A stretch of DNA of 64,000 bases from Antedon mediterranea (Eukaryota > Animalia > Echinodermata), in the NCBI RefSeq assembly GCF_964355755.1, contig NC_092678.1, forward strand, positions 7,952,422 through 8,016,421. The letters are read 5' to 3'. The notes below the pieces were generated by a model. The model was given only the letters and a program-made list of their open reading frames with translations, did not search any database and was not told the origin of the DNA. Shown piece after piece: positions 11,967-25,077 of this stretch; the stretch's first letter is position 1, and the number at the start of each line of letters is the position of its first letter. Both the position numbers and the translations under genes were made by a program.

Positions 11967-13666
11967 TCTATATATAAATTTACGTAAGGGCAAAATTCGG
12001 TAATTCGCGCCTTACTTCTAGAATTTTTACTCGATGGTATATAAAGTTGGTTCGTACTTTCGGTACTGATTCTAACCACCTGATGTAACCCTGTTTACTA
12101 ATTAAATTAAGTTAGATAATTAGTTATTGACGATTAAAACGAATTTAGGTTCAACGATTTGCCCCAAATAGGGGTGTTTTCCGACCGTGGTATACACTGT
12201 CTAATGGATGTCCATCTTGAAAAATACCCGCCACAAAAATGCGAGAAGGCTTCGCATTTTCCTATCTCCTCCTACGATAATTGTTTTTGATAGCTGAAAA
12301 CTGGTTGAACAGCTAGAGTACAGCATCATAATGTTGAAGACAGGCCGATTTTCTTAAAAAAATACTATTTTGATAGATTTAATATACGATTATACAAATG
12401 TATTGATTTGCGAGGAATGGAACATTCCAATCTCTGTTTCACAAGTGTCTATTCCCTCAGGCGTCGTAAAGGCAAGTACAGTACTGTATACTCGAAATTC
12501 GATCCATTTTTGTTTTCAATCTGTGCTGCAGATGTTGGATATAATTTTTTTTTAAACGGATAATGAGCTAGCGTTTTCACTCGCCGTATATTATGTACAA
12601 ATCTTTATTATTGCAGTTAAACCACCCACATCATCACCTTTCCCTCACTGGCATGAGTAGCGTTGTAAAACCAGTAGAGACCACTAAACCATAGATGTAG
12701 ACACCACATTTGTCTTTTTAAACCCAGGAGTTGAGGAGTTATGAGCCATCAAATGCCACAAAAAGGTCACTGACCTTTGACCCTCAATATCTCACTAACG
12801 CAGCAACTAGAACGCTGCAAAAATGTTTTGGTATTTATTCACACCTAAAGCTACAAGAAATTACCAAAAGACCTTTTATTAGAATTTTTTCAAGGTTACA
12901 TAGGATAAATGTCACATATAGCCTGTACTAAGAATAGGCCTACGGTACATCACATGCCCTAAACGCAGAACAACTTTGGTGGGTAGGGTAGGAACCAACT
13001 TAAGTATGAATTGGCTCAAGAAACAATTGAAAACCATTAGGCCTACTAATTAAGTTGAGTTAGATAATTTAATATTTATTGACGATTAAATCGAATTTAT
13101 GATTTTCCCCGAATAGAGGTGGTTTTCACAAATTGTTTTACATTATATTATAAACATATACACGTCGTAGTGATGTATCGTTACATGTGCTGTACTATTT
13201 CAATCGACTAGGACGGTGATAGTTTCAACAAAGTATTACATCGCAATGTTTTACTGTGTTTAGTGGTATATTATTTGTAAAACATGAAAGCAATTAATAT
13301 TTCGTTACTAAATGGATAAAGAATATATTTTAACATTGTTCCTCTTTGCACCCATCCTCTTCCCCATCCCTCAACCCTAATGTTACATACAAAACACAAA
13401 TTAAGTTTGTTTAAATTTTACTTAAACAATTGGTCTTATTTTGTGACAAGTTTCTCTTTCGGAAGTAATAGGGTGCTAATTTTAGTTGAGTACATAAATC
13501 ACAGTGTCTATTTATTCGTTCCTGTAAACGACATGTATTATTGTCCTGCGGTAGCCTACGTACATTTGAAATCGCCAGTTTTTTAACGCTGAAATTATTA
13601 TGTATTCGAGAACCATCTGTGGGCACGACCTAGATGGTACGCGAGCGAAGCGAGCGTACCATCTAG
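11967..13666 (+). mobile_element. Non-autonomous Helitron, family 1, variant B
   Basis: TC...CTAG ends inserted in taatta|tgatgct. The exact empty site is at ~11107-11125. It shares termini with 4558-5903 but has a different middle. Confidence 0.92.
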
Positions 13667-16600
13667 TGATGCTAATTTTGTTAAAAATGTGCATATTTTA
13701 TTATTTTTTTACTAAAATGAGTATATTAAATAGTGTAAAGTTATTTTGGTTTATTTATAATATTAAATAATTCAAGAGTTCTTTTGGTGTCAAATTGTTT
13801 AGAATATAAATATTTATATTTGGTCTAACACAACTTTTATCGAAAAAAATGACCGGAAATGCTTTTACTGACCTTTGACGCAAAAATGACCAAAAAACAC
13901 ATTTTCGGGTTAAACTATTCTTTAAAATGCCAATGGACAAACTGTATGATATCAAATGAAAGCATACACAATATGCTACCCATTGCTATCCAACTTGTAT
14001 TGAAAATTTTTAATTATGAATCTAATTGTATGGAAAATGTGCATAATTTGATTATTTTTATACAAAAAATGAATATTTGGTAGCGTAATTATGTTTATTT
14101 ATATAATATTAAATAATTTAAGTGTTTGGAAAAACTATTTGGTATCAAATGAAAGAACCACACATTTTTAACCTTTGACCCCGATTTTGGGCATGTTCGT
14201 CCCGGATAGCGAATTTGGCACACATTTCATGTTGTTTGTTGGGGTCAAATTATCCTATAACAGTTGAGATATTCTCTCCTAAATTAAATGCATACAAATC
14301 TGACCCAGGCCCTAGACTATCAGGAAAACAATGATTTTGGGTGACAATTACAATTTTTATAATTCATTGGTAACAAATATTATTAATTAAAAACCAGTTT
14401 GCTACATCCTGTAAATTATGATATTTCTGATATTTTTAATGTCGCTAGGATTAAATATTTTTATATTTTCTTCTTTTTCAGATGAATATGTTTAGTTTAG
14501 CTAGAGTACAGCATCATAATGTTGAAGACAGGCCGATTTTCTTAAAAAAATACTATTTTGATAGATTTAATATACGATTATACAAATGTATTGATTTGCG
14601 AGGAATGGAACATTCCAATCTCTGTTTCACAAGTGTCTATTCCCTCAGGCGTCGTAAAGGCAAGTACAGTACTGTATACTCGAAATTCGATCCATTTTTG
14701 TTTTCAATCTGTGCTGCAGATGTTGGATATAATTTTTTTTTAAACGGATAATGAGCTAGCGTTTTCACTCGCCGTATATTATGTACAAATCTTTATTATT
14801 GCAGTTAAACCACCCACATCATCACCTTTCCCTCACTGGCATGAGTAGCGTTGTAAAACCAGTAGAGACCACTAAACCATAGATGTAGACACCACATTTG
14901 TCTTTTTAAACCCAGGAGTTGAGGAGTTATGAGCCATCAAATGCCACAAAAAGGTCACTGACCTTTGACCCTCAATATCTCACTAACGCAGCAACTAGAA
15001 CGCTGCAAAAATGTTTTGGTATTTATTCACACCTAAAGCTACAAGAAATTACCAAAAGACCTTTTATTAGAATTTTTTCAAGGTTACATAGGATAAATGT
15101 CACATATAGCCTGTACTAAGAATAGGCCTACGGTACATCACATGCCCTAAACGCAGAACAACTTTGGTGGGTAGGGTAGGAACCAACTTAAGTATGAATT
15201 GGCTCAAGAAACAATTGAAAACCATTAGGCCTACTAATTAAGTTGAGTTAGATAATTTAATATTTATTGACGATTAAATCGAATTTATGATTTTCCCCGA
15301 ATAGAGGTGGTTTTCACAAATTGTTTTACATTATATTATAAACATATACACGTCGTAGTGATGTATCGTTACATGTGCTGTACTATTTCAATCGACTAGG
15401 ACGGTGATAGTTTCAACAAAGTATTACATCGCAATGTTTTACTGTGTTTAGTGGTATATTATTTGTAAAACATGAAAGCAATTAATATTTCGTTACTAAA
15501 TGGATAAAGAATATATTTTAACATTGTTCCTCTTTGCACCCATCCTCTTCCCCATCCCTCAACCCTAATGTTACATACAAAACACAAATTAAGTTTGTTT
15601 AAATTTTACTTAAACAATTGGTCTTATTTTGTGACAAGTTTCTCTTTCGGAAGTAATAGGGTGCTAATTTTAGTTGAGTACATAAATCACAGTGTCTATT
15701 TATTCGTTCCTGTAAACGACATGTATTATTGTCCTGCGGTAGCCTACGTACATTTGAAATCGCCAGTTTTTTAACGCTGAAATTATTATGTATTCGAGAA
15801 CCATCTGTGGGCACGACCTAGATGGTACGCGAGCGAAGCGAGCGTACCATCTAGTGATGCTAATTTTGTTAAAAATGTGCATATTTTATTATTTTTTTAC
15901 TAAAATGAGTATATTAAATAGTGTAAAGTTATTTTGGTTTATTTATAATATTAAATAATTCAAGAGTTCTTTTGGTGTCAAATTGTTTAGAATATAAATA
16001 TTTATATTTGGTCTAACACAACTTTTATCGAAAAAAATGACCGGAAATGCTTTTACTGACCTTTGACGCAAAAATGACCAAAAAACACATTTTCGGGTTA
16101 AACTATTCTTTAAAATGCCAATGGACAAACTGTATGATATCAAATGAAAGCATACACAATATGCTACCCATTGCTATCCAACTTGTATTGAAAATTTTTA
16201 ATTATGAATCTAATTGTATGGAAAATGTGCATAATTTGATTATTTTTATACAAAAAATGAATATTTGGTAGCGTAATTGTTATGTTTATTTATATAATAT
16301 TAAATAATTTAAGTGTTTGGAAAAACTATTTGGTATCAAATGAAAGAACCACACATTTTTAACCTTTGACCCCGATTTTGGGCATGTTCGTCCCGGATAG
16401 CGAATTTGGCACACATTTCATGTTGTTTGTTGGGGTCAAATTATCCTATAACAGTTGAGATATTCTCTCCTAAATTAAATGCATACAAATCTGACCCAGG
16501 CCCTAGACTATCAGGAAAACAATGATTTTGGGTGACAATTACAATTTTTATAATTCATTGGTAACAAATATTATTAATTAAAAACCAGTTTGCTACATCC

Positions 16601-16688
16601 TGTAAATTATGATATTTCTGATATTTTTAATGTCGCTAGGATTAAATATTTTTATATTTTCTTCTTTTTCAGATGAATATGTTTAGTT
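12311..16688. repeat. Near-perfect direct tandem duplication (~2.19 kb x2)
   Basis: 12311-14498 is repeated at 14499-16688. Identical track ORFs are offset by 2188 bp (12370/14558, 12731/14919, 13859/16047). Confidence 0.95.
14499..15854 (+). mobile_element. 5'-truncated duplicate of Helitron variant B
   Basis: Part of the tandem duplication. It ends gcgtaccatctag|tgatgct. Confidence 0.85.
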
Positions 16689-16894
16689 CTTAAAAGAGCT
16701 AACTTGTGTATATATATATCTTTATTTGTCACAGTTAGCTTCACAGACTTCCCTGCAAATATAAAAAAGTATAGTAGAAATAAATTTCTTTCTCACTTTA
16801 TCAAAATTGATTCAAACATTTATAAAAATAAAGGCATCTACAGCATATAATAATTGGTAAATAATTTTCAATTTTAATAAAAAACTTTGAATTT

Positions 16895-17230
16895 GTGGCA
16901 CATACTGGACTGTGGCGCTTACTGGACTGTGGCGCTTATTGGACGGGTGGCAATTTGTGGACTGTGGAGCTTTTACTAGACTGTGGCACTTACTTGTGTG
17001 GTGCGTACTGGACTGTAGAGCTTACTAGACTGTGGTGTTTACTGGAATGTGGCGCTTACTGGACTGTGGCGCTTACTGGACTGTGGCGCTTACTGGACTG
17101 CGGCGCTTACTGGACTGTGGCGCTTACTGGATGGACTGTGGCGCTTACTGGACTGCGGCGCTTACTGGACTGCGGCGCTTACTGGACTGCGGCGCTTACT
17201 AGACGGTGGCGCTTATTAGACTGTGGCGTT
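16895..17230. repeat. 17-bp minisatellite (ctggactgtggcgctta)n
   Basis: Roughly 19 degenerate units. It may be an expanded subterminal repeat of a MITE ending ...aaatacagta (~17283). Confidence 0.9.
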
Positions 17231-17424
17231 TTAAATCGTTATTTTTCATATTTTTCAGGGACAACACATCTTTAAATACAGTAAAAAAATTGTAGCCTAA
17301 ATTGCATTTTACATTTACACAAGTCAGTTGGTAAAAATAAGAATTATAATAATATAAATATTGTTTAATTAGGTGATCATTTAGAATAAAATGATCACCT
17401 ATTGTTATTGTATTAAATCTTTAT

Positions 17425-17477
17425 TATTCTTCTTCTTCCTTCTTCTTCTTCTTCTTCTTCTTCTTCTTCTTCTTCTT
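17425..17477. repeat. (TTC)n microsatellite
   Basis: Direct observation. It produces the poly-Leu/Phe ORF artefact at 17391. Confidence 0.95.
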
Positions 17478-18148
17478 TCTGTACACTTTTTGTGTAACAA
17501 ATATCTCAAAAAGTTAAATATCAATGATTACCAAAATTTCACAATGTCTTTCAAATACTGTAACTTAGTCCTAATAAGCTTTTCAGCCTGATCACTCATC
17601 CGTGACAACACGTATACGCCATTTTGTGAAATCACATTATCAATCATATCTCCATAATTCATTATCACATATTAATGAAATTCACTACATGTAAACTTCA
17701 GGTCAAGGTAAAAAATATTAGCAAATAAAAACCTGCGCGTTTCAAGGTCTTCCGCGTGAAATTGCGCGTTAAAATTTTAAAAAGCTCAAAATTAGGTTTT
17801 GATCAATTTAGAGCATGAATTAGGCCATTTGCGTGTTTCAAAAAATTACTGCGCAAAAACACGTTTTTGCGCACGCGATTCGTAAAAAGCGTAAAAAATA
17901 AAATTTGATGTATAAATCACATTCTACTCACAATCCTTAGTACATTCACCAAATTTGAGTCCATTTCGACTTAAAATAGTGCTCTACGAGCACATTAAAA
18001 ATGACAAAATGCACATTAATTGTACAAAAGTGCTAAAAATGGTAAAAAATAAGGCCTTTTTAAAATGAATATAACTCTTCAGAATGGAAGGTGACCCCCA
18101 ATTTTTTTAACTTATTATGGAAGCCAATTAGTTGTACATATAAATGTA

Positions 18149-19582
18149 TTAGCAATTATACCCGCCCCAGGGCGGGTTTCAAAATTAGTTTAAAGCCTTC
18201 TCAACACCCGACGCCAGTATATGTCTATACTCACCAATCTCCACCCTTCTTCAATACCACCCCATACTCTTTTTAAAAACAAATTCTTCCCAGTGATGGA
18301 CAAATTCAATTCAACGTAACCTTCAAATTGAGAGGAGTATACATAGCTATGATGGGTCTAATAATGGTTGAAGTACGTTGTAAATTGTGTAAATGAATAG
18401 GTGTCATATTGGCTGATAATTAAAATATCTAATTTAGATACTGCGGGCCCCCAGCCTTCTTTCTCCTCTCACCACCCCAGCCACAATCAACAAACCTTAA
18501 CTCCTCCCCTAGACAGTTGAAATATAGTAACTTTTCCTAGTACAATTCCAAGCATATAGGCTACTTCATTACGCCAATATTTTCGCTCTTCCACCTCCCC
18601 CTACAAACACACCCCAGATACACTGGGTGATGTGTTGAAGACGGTTCCAGTACAAATTATGTTATTATCACTCCCAACCAATAATCCCTCAGTGGCAGTT
18701 TTTAAATGTAGTTTAAAACATTCCAAATACAGTTTCGGTCATGGTGATAGGCCTACATCCCCACCCCAAACTCCCAGCCGCTTCCCAGGAATAATTAAAT
18801 ACTTTAACATTTTTCAAACACAATTCTGGTCTAAGCAAAACCCCCACTATCCCCTGAACCACAACTCCCAACCCCACTCTCCCACAATGGACGTTTTTTC
18901 CTTGGAGGCATCGTTATGTAGTTGAACACAGTAACGGTAAACAGCGTGTGTATGTTCACACAGGAATGAATGTCTGTAATGAGAAAATCCAAGAGACCGA
19001 TACATAGCTGGATATGGTTAAAGTACTTTGCTAAATGTGTAATTGAATAGGTGTCATATTGGTTAATGAATAAAATATGTATATCTATATACGCCTTGCT
19101 GAGGATAATTAAAATACTGTAAAACTGTTGTAGTATAATTTTACAATTCGATAGCCTACAACCCCGAGCCCTAGCAAAAAATGACATCACAAACCACCAC
19201 ACCACCCCCCGCCCCCACCCCTCCCACAAAAACCCCAGGAGTCGGGGGAATTTTTTTAAATGTAGTTTAAAACCTTCCGGGTACAATTGCCATCCGGGTA
19301 CAATTGCCATCATTTTGATACCCCATACGTATGGTTACGTGCAGAAACAGAAATTTGTATAACGAACAAACATCGAAAGTGGGGGTTTTGACCACATTTT
19401 GGTCCCTAACATGGATCCTAGGTGGCGGATGATGTTGAATTATAGCTTAGAACATTCCCGGTACAATTGCGGTCATTTTGATACCCCATATGTAAGATTA
19501 CGTGCAGTAACAAAAATTTGTATAACGAACAAACAAACAAACAAACAGACAGACAGACAAACTCTCTCACTTATAATATAGA
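18149..19582 (-). mobile_element. Non-autonomous Helitron, family 2, nested in the HINE
   Basis: Minus strand starts TCTATATTATAAGTGAGAGAG-(GTCT/GTTT)n and ends hairpin cccgccctggggcggg + tataattgCTAA. A|T insertion site. Confidence 0.8.
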
Positions 19583-21267
19583 TATACACATTAGATGTAC
19601 AAAATGGTATGACGTCATCATTTGGCCACATGAATTTTTAAAATAGGGTTTTTTCCACTTTTGTCATAGACCACTATATTCAACAAAGTGCAACTCGCTT
19701 ATCTGTGATCGATTTTCTTTTAATTTGTAATATATTCTACCTCAACCAATTATGTTACTTATGAGTTACCAAGATTTTCATTTGGATGACGTTATCACGT
19801 CTTAAAATTTAAATAACGGTGGTTACGTAATTTCACCTACAAGATAAATTTGAATACATTACAGCTCTTCTGAATTAAAGTTGACCTTGATGTTTATAAC
19901 TTATTATGAGAGCTGGTGAAATGTAGATATTAATTCATATAAAAATTAAGCCTACCGGATGTTGTGACGTTATCATATGGTCAGTTGAAGTTAAAAAGTA
20001 GTATTTTCATCGCTTTCGTAAAAGTTATACAATTTTTATATAGCGCGCACCGCCGTTCTACGTGCCAAATTTTCTTCCAATTGTTATATTTTATTACTCA
20101 ATTCAATATCTTTCGATATTGTTATCTTCAAGTTTATTTTGACAACGTCATCATACCAAAAAATAAGAACATGATTTGGGTCCCGTAATTTCACCTATGC
20201 TACACTGTATATAGATATACACAGTACAGTATTGTACATATTGTATATGGCATATAATAGGCACAACTCAGCACTATAAGCGTATAATAGGATGGCATAC
20301 ATCCAAATTTTCCGATTGTATGTTAACATACGTGCATGTTTAAAAAATATGAATGTCAATAAAATGATAAAAATGATCACCTATAATTCGTCAAAGTGAC
20401 GAATTAAATTCTAGTTTAGTTTTGTTATTGGTATTGACAAACTTTTCTTAATCGTTAATTCTCAACAGAGTTTATTCAATAACGAACGAAGGCTTTTGAA
20501 TTATTATAATTATTCCATTGTTTACCTTAACATATCATAATTCATAATTATTATCCTAACAGTATCTTCATTGCAGTACTTTGATTAATATGAATTAACA
20601 AACGCTTTCTTGGTAGCTGTATAAATTATTTACAGTTGCTTTTAGCGATATGATTTACACATCCGTTGCTGTAATAGCAATCAATGCAAGCCAATCTGAA
20701 CTTTAAATTTCCAACAAAGTCTAGTAGTTTATTTGATCAAAATAAAACAACGTAAATTTGAAAATTAAATTCTCCAGACAGTAATTAAAGACACGAGGCC
20801 TACGTTTCTTTGACCTAATTTAAGGACCTTACACAACTACATTTTATGTAAAAATAAATATTATATGGACCTATTGTGATATTTTTTCGTCTTTAAACAG
20901 TTAAAAATGTAAAAAATAAGTCGATTCTAATAATTTTAGCGGCCCATTAGAAATCCCACCAATACATATCGCGCACGGATTGATATTTTCATATTTTTAT
21001 GTAATGCACCCACTTCGACCGATCCAATGAATGAATAACCAAATAAAAGAACCGTAACTTTTAAGCGAAAATATTAGGTCTTCTCCGATTTATTTTAACA
21101 GATTCTGCCAAAAAAGGAAATTTTAATTTTAATTTAGCAACGAGATGTCAGGCTAGGCCTATAGCTAGCATTCGATGGTCATACCAGCTAGGCCTACAAA
21201 ACTAAGCCTAACTAAGCTAGGCCTATAAATATCTAAGAAAGAACTTTCGAAGCGAGCTACTTAGGTA

Positions 21268-21615
21268 GTGTTGTTTTTCTTTCTTTTTATCATGTTTTAT
21301 GTTTTATGTTTTATTGTTTTGTTTTATGTTTTATTCAATTTTCAGGCACAACAATACATGACAATACAGCGGTGCAGCACCCTGAGGATTGCCATGAGTG
21401 CAAAGCACTATCGAGATGGCTCTCCATATACTGCACTAGAACATATAAGACAAACATATACACAAGATGCTCTACATAAACAAAGACTTAATATTAAGTC
21501 TTTGGGAGTGGAGTTGTAAATTGTCATGAGAAAAAAACCCTGACATATGACAGGACTTGTACCCAGGACCCTTAGATTGGTAGCCAAGCATCATAACCAC
21601 CAAGCCACAGCTCCA
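21268..21615 (-). mobile_element. tRNA-derived SINE
   Basis: Minus-strand head ggagctgtggcttggtggttatgatgcttggctaccaatctaagggtcctgggtacaagtcc has A- and B-box-like motifs. An A-rich tail lies at 21268-21340. Confidence 0.7.
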
Positions 21616-21974
21616 CTCCTAATCATAATTAGAACACACATTTAAGACAAGAAATGACCTGGTTTAATGTTTTTAAAAATTAAAGTTATATATTATTTTT
21701 ACAAAAACTAAAGAATTGCAGGTCTAGTGTCTTTAATAGAAACATCAACAAAATACTGGAAATACAAAACTAGAACCACAAACAGTTGTATAGATATGGT
21801 ATACAGATATATTGTTTGATTTTTAACATTTTGTTATTAAAACCAGTTTTTGTTTCTTCTTTATACTGTGTGACCTCTTAAGTGACCTCTTTAATCAAGG
21901 ACTGCACTCCAAGAGGGCACAGTAGCCTACTCACACTGGCTGTGATGTAGGCTAGGCTACTAGTACACCGGGGT

Positions 21975-22070
21975 AGGCCTAACCCCCTACTCGTCTCGAA
22001 AGATGTACTAAGTTCTTTAAAGTGCACACGAGCATTTTGTGTACATTGGACTACAATTTACAGTCCCTCT
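21975..22070 (-). mobile_element. Degenerate SINE central-domain fragment (Deu/Nin-like)
   Basis: aaccccctactcgtctcgaaag...gttctttaaagtgcac...ggactacaatttacagtcc resembles the reverse complement of the Deu/Nin SINE core as I recall it. Not aligned computationally. Confidence 0.4.
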
Positions 22071-22680
22071 AATAGTTAGTAAATGTAATGAACGTTTAAA
22101 ATATCTTCTGCTATCAATTTGATATGTATAAGTCAATACAAAGCCTGCATTAAACTATATAGAGAAGAGAACACTATTCAGTAAGAGAGGGGTTTTTTTT
22201 AGGGGGGGGGGGCAGAGGTCACACGACACCATGACATCATCTCTAAATGAAGGGGTCACATACATTATATAAACTATACTAAATGTCTTTGTTGATTTAG
22301 TAGCACTGATCTCAATGGAGCGTATTACAAATGAAACATATTAAAATTATTATAGGCTAAAATATTATGTATTTTGTATAAATGATATTAGAATATATTA
22401 TAAGATGACTAAAACTAATGTTATCAATATGTTTTTTGTAAATTTATATTCAACACCATTATGAAACATGTTAATATTATTAATAATCATTGATCACACT
22501 GTTATAAAGTATATTAAATGTTCATACAGTACAACCTGTATTAATATGACAACTCCAGGTCCAAACAAACGTTTATCCTTAATACGGCCGTCATGTTAGC
22601 AGACATATCGCTTCTAGTTCATTTTAATGGGAAATTATCTCCTAAATAGGGGATGTTACAAAGATTATTTTAAGCGGTTA

Positions 22681-22850
22681 ATGTTACCCTTTATGAGATA
22701 GGAGTTCAGTATGTTACCCTTTATGAGATAGGAGTTCAGTATGTTATCCCTTATGAGATAGGAGTTCAGTATGTTACCCATTATGAGATAGGAGTTCAGT
22801 ATGTTACCCCTTATGATATAGGAGTTCAGTATGTTACCAGTATGTTATAC
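22681..22850. repeat. 30-bp tandem repeat, ~5 copies
   Basis: atgttaccc(t/c)ttatgagataggagttcagt starts at 22681, 22711, 22741, 22771 and 22801. Confidence 0.95.
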
Positions 22851-23818
22851 TTTATTGGATAGAGTGTTATACCAAAGCCAGTATAGTGAATTAATTATAC
22901 TAGATGGTACGCTCGCTTCGCTCGCGTACCATCTAGGTCGTGCCCACAGATGGTTCTCGAATACACAGTAATTTCAGCGTAGCAAAACTGGCGATTTCAA
23001 ATGTACGTACCGCAGGACTATAATACTTTGTCGTTTACAGAAACGAATAAATAGACACGATGATTTATGTAGTCAACTATAATTAGCACCCTGGGAATTA
23101 CTTCCGAAGGAGAAACTTATCAAAATGAGTCCAAATCAAAAATTTGGACTCATTTAAAGAACCCCAATTTGTGTTTTGTATGTAACATTAGGGTTGAGGG
23201 ATGGCAAAGCGGATAGGTACAAAGAGGAACACATTTTAAATATATTCTTTATCCACTCAGTAACGAAATATTTTTTTCATGTTTTATAGGCCTATAAATA
23301 CTATACCTGTAAATACAGTAAAACATTTGCGATTTAATAAATAATACTTTGTTAAAACTGTCACTGTCATAATCGATTGAAATATTAAAGTACGTCACGA
23401 TACACCACTACGACGTTTATATTTTTGGTAATTATTAATTAATACAAACGTTGAGAAGGAACTGTCAGTATAAAGTTTATTTGTATATAATAACGTGTTT
23501 ATATATCTAACAGTAGAGCCTATTCACAATCTCAGTAATAAAGTTTATTTGTATATATTTTTATATTAAATCTAACAGTACGAACATTCACAGTAAGAAA
23601 TGTTTGCCCGAATGTTCGATTCAAATGAGGACCAACAATAGTTAATAGGTATTTACAGTATTGTCAAAGTATTGCAAGTTTATTCTCAAAGGGCCCATAT
23701 ATTTACCTACCGCATGTGTTAAACCAAGGGCTCATAAATTTACCTACTTGTGTTAAACCAAACTCTGGCAGACTGAGAGATTGGGATGTTCCATTTATCG
23801 CAAATCAATACATTTGTA

Positions 23819-24768
23819 TTATACAGATATTGACTGCTTAGAGGTTAAATATAAGATTTGACATCCCCGAGGGAATGATATTAAGTTCGAGGGAATATAT
23901 ATTTCCCGAAGCGCCAGCTGAGGGAAATATATATTCCCCGAGAACTTAATATCATTCCAGAGGGGATGTCAAATCTTATATTTAACCGATATAAAAGGCA
24001 ATATCTGTTATATTATATAGCCAAGAACAAGTCTGCTGGGTTGGGTGAAGCTAGGCTAGGCCTCCTATAGTATTTGTATTGTATTTAAACAAGCCTGCCT
24101 AGACACCTTACCTTGCGAAGAATAATATACAGATAATTACTAATTAATGATTCCATGGCAATAAAATATTCACTTAGGCCTAGCCTAGGTCGTTTAAATT
24201 AACAGAAGAATTTCCATCAATAAGCCTATTAAAAATAATAATATTATAATCAGGTAGGCCGAATAAACAATTCGTCTTCTTTTCTCGATCTTCGAGGAGC
24301 CGAATCACCGGATGTTCAGCGCGTACTAGTTACTAGGTTACTACTGTGAGTATTGACCAATCACAAACGGTGTTTCATCACATTTAGGGTGGACTTATAA
24401 CAAATGAGGGCGCTATGTATGCATAGTTTAAATAGTTTAGATGATTAATTTCTTCAAGCAATTTCCGTGGCGCAGCGGTTGAAGCGTTGTCTTGCGATGG
24501 AGTGACAATTCCACCCGAGTTCAAGATCGAGTAGATGACTTTTGTTTATTTATCGGCAACGCGAGTGTTGGCACACGAAAATTACACAGTCAATATCATC
24601 GTACTCGAGAATCTATATGTTTAATGACAGGGGACACGATAATTACGCGAAAATTACACAGTCAATATCATCGTTCTCGAGGATATATACGATTTACGAT
24701 CCTCGCAGCGGTAGTCATGTGATGCAGTTTCAACCAATCACGTTAGCGTATTTACATAGGCTATGTAA
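23819..24768. mobile_element. Non-autonomous element with a long terminal palindrome (Crypton-like)
   Basis: Boundaries are defined by the empty site catttgTAtaaacg in Helitron copy A. A ~190-bp imperfect inverted repeat spans 23821-24012, and ttatatagcc (24013) pairs with ggctatgtaa (24759). The family call is by architecture only. Confidence 0.6.
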
Positions 24769-25077
24769 TATAAACGTATATTAAATCTATCAAAATAGTA
24801 TTTTTTAAAGAAAATCGGCCTGTCTTCAACATTATGATGCTGTACTCTAGCTGTTCAACCGGTTTTCAGCCATTAAAAACAATTATCGTAGGAGGAGATA
24901 GGAAAATGCGAAGCCTCCTCGCATTTTTGTGGCGGGTATTTTTCAAGATGGACATCCATTAGATAGTGTATACCACGATCGGAAAACACCCCTATTTGGG
25001 GCAAATCGTTGAACCTAAATTCGTTTTAATCGTCAATAACTAATTATCTAACTTAATTTAATTAGTAAACAGGGTTA

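Larger units (their letters stand above)
7717..14319. mobile_element. Non-autonomous TIR DNA transposon with TAG...CTA ends (Academ-like), hosting nested insertions
   Basis: ~165-bp TIRs (7717-7883 vs 14153-14319) and a 3-bp TSD TCA (7714-16, 14320-22). Internal tandem subrepeats lie at 7905-8345, 11058-11966 and 13667-14150. The superfamily call is inferred from termini and TSD length only. Confidence 0.7.
17369..20416 (+). mobile_element. Helentron-associated non-autonomous element (HINE/DINE-1-like)
   Basis: 5' subTIR taggtgatcattt with adjacent inverted copy aaatgatcaccta, then a (TTC)n microsatellite. The 3' end has subTIR aaatgatcaccta (20371-83), palindrome taattcgtca-aag-tgacgaatta and terminal ctagttt. 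T-rich flanks. Confidence 0.8.

Noticed and set aside
16895-17275. 126-aa repetitive ORF (LDCGAYWTVALTGLWRL)
   Set aside because: It is the translation of a 17-bp minisatellite cycling through frames, with no splice or coding evidence.
22681-22850. CRISPR-like 30-bp repeats (also the 35-bp repeats at 32211)
   Set aside because: Repeats are directly adjacent with no unique spacers, there are no cas genes, and the context is eukaryotic.
24464-24535. tRNA gene (also 21540-21615)
   Set aside because: A/B-box-like motifs are present but there is no convincing cloverleaf. They are better explained as SINE heads.
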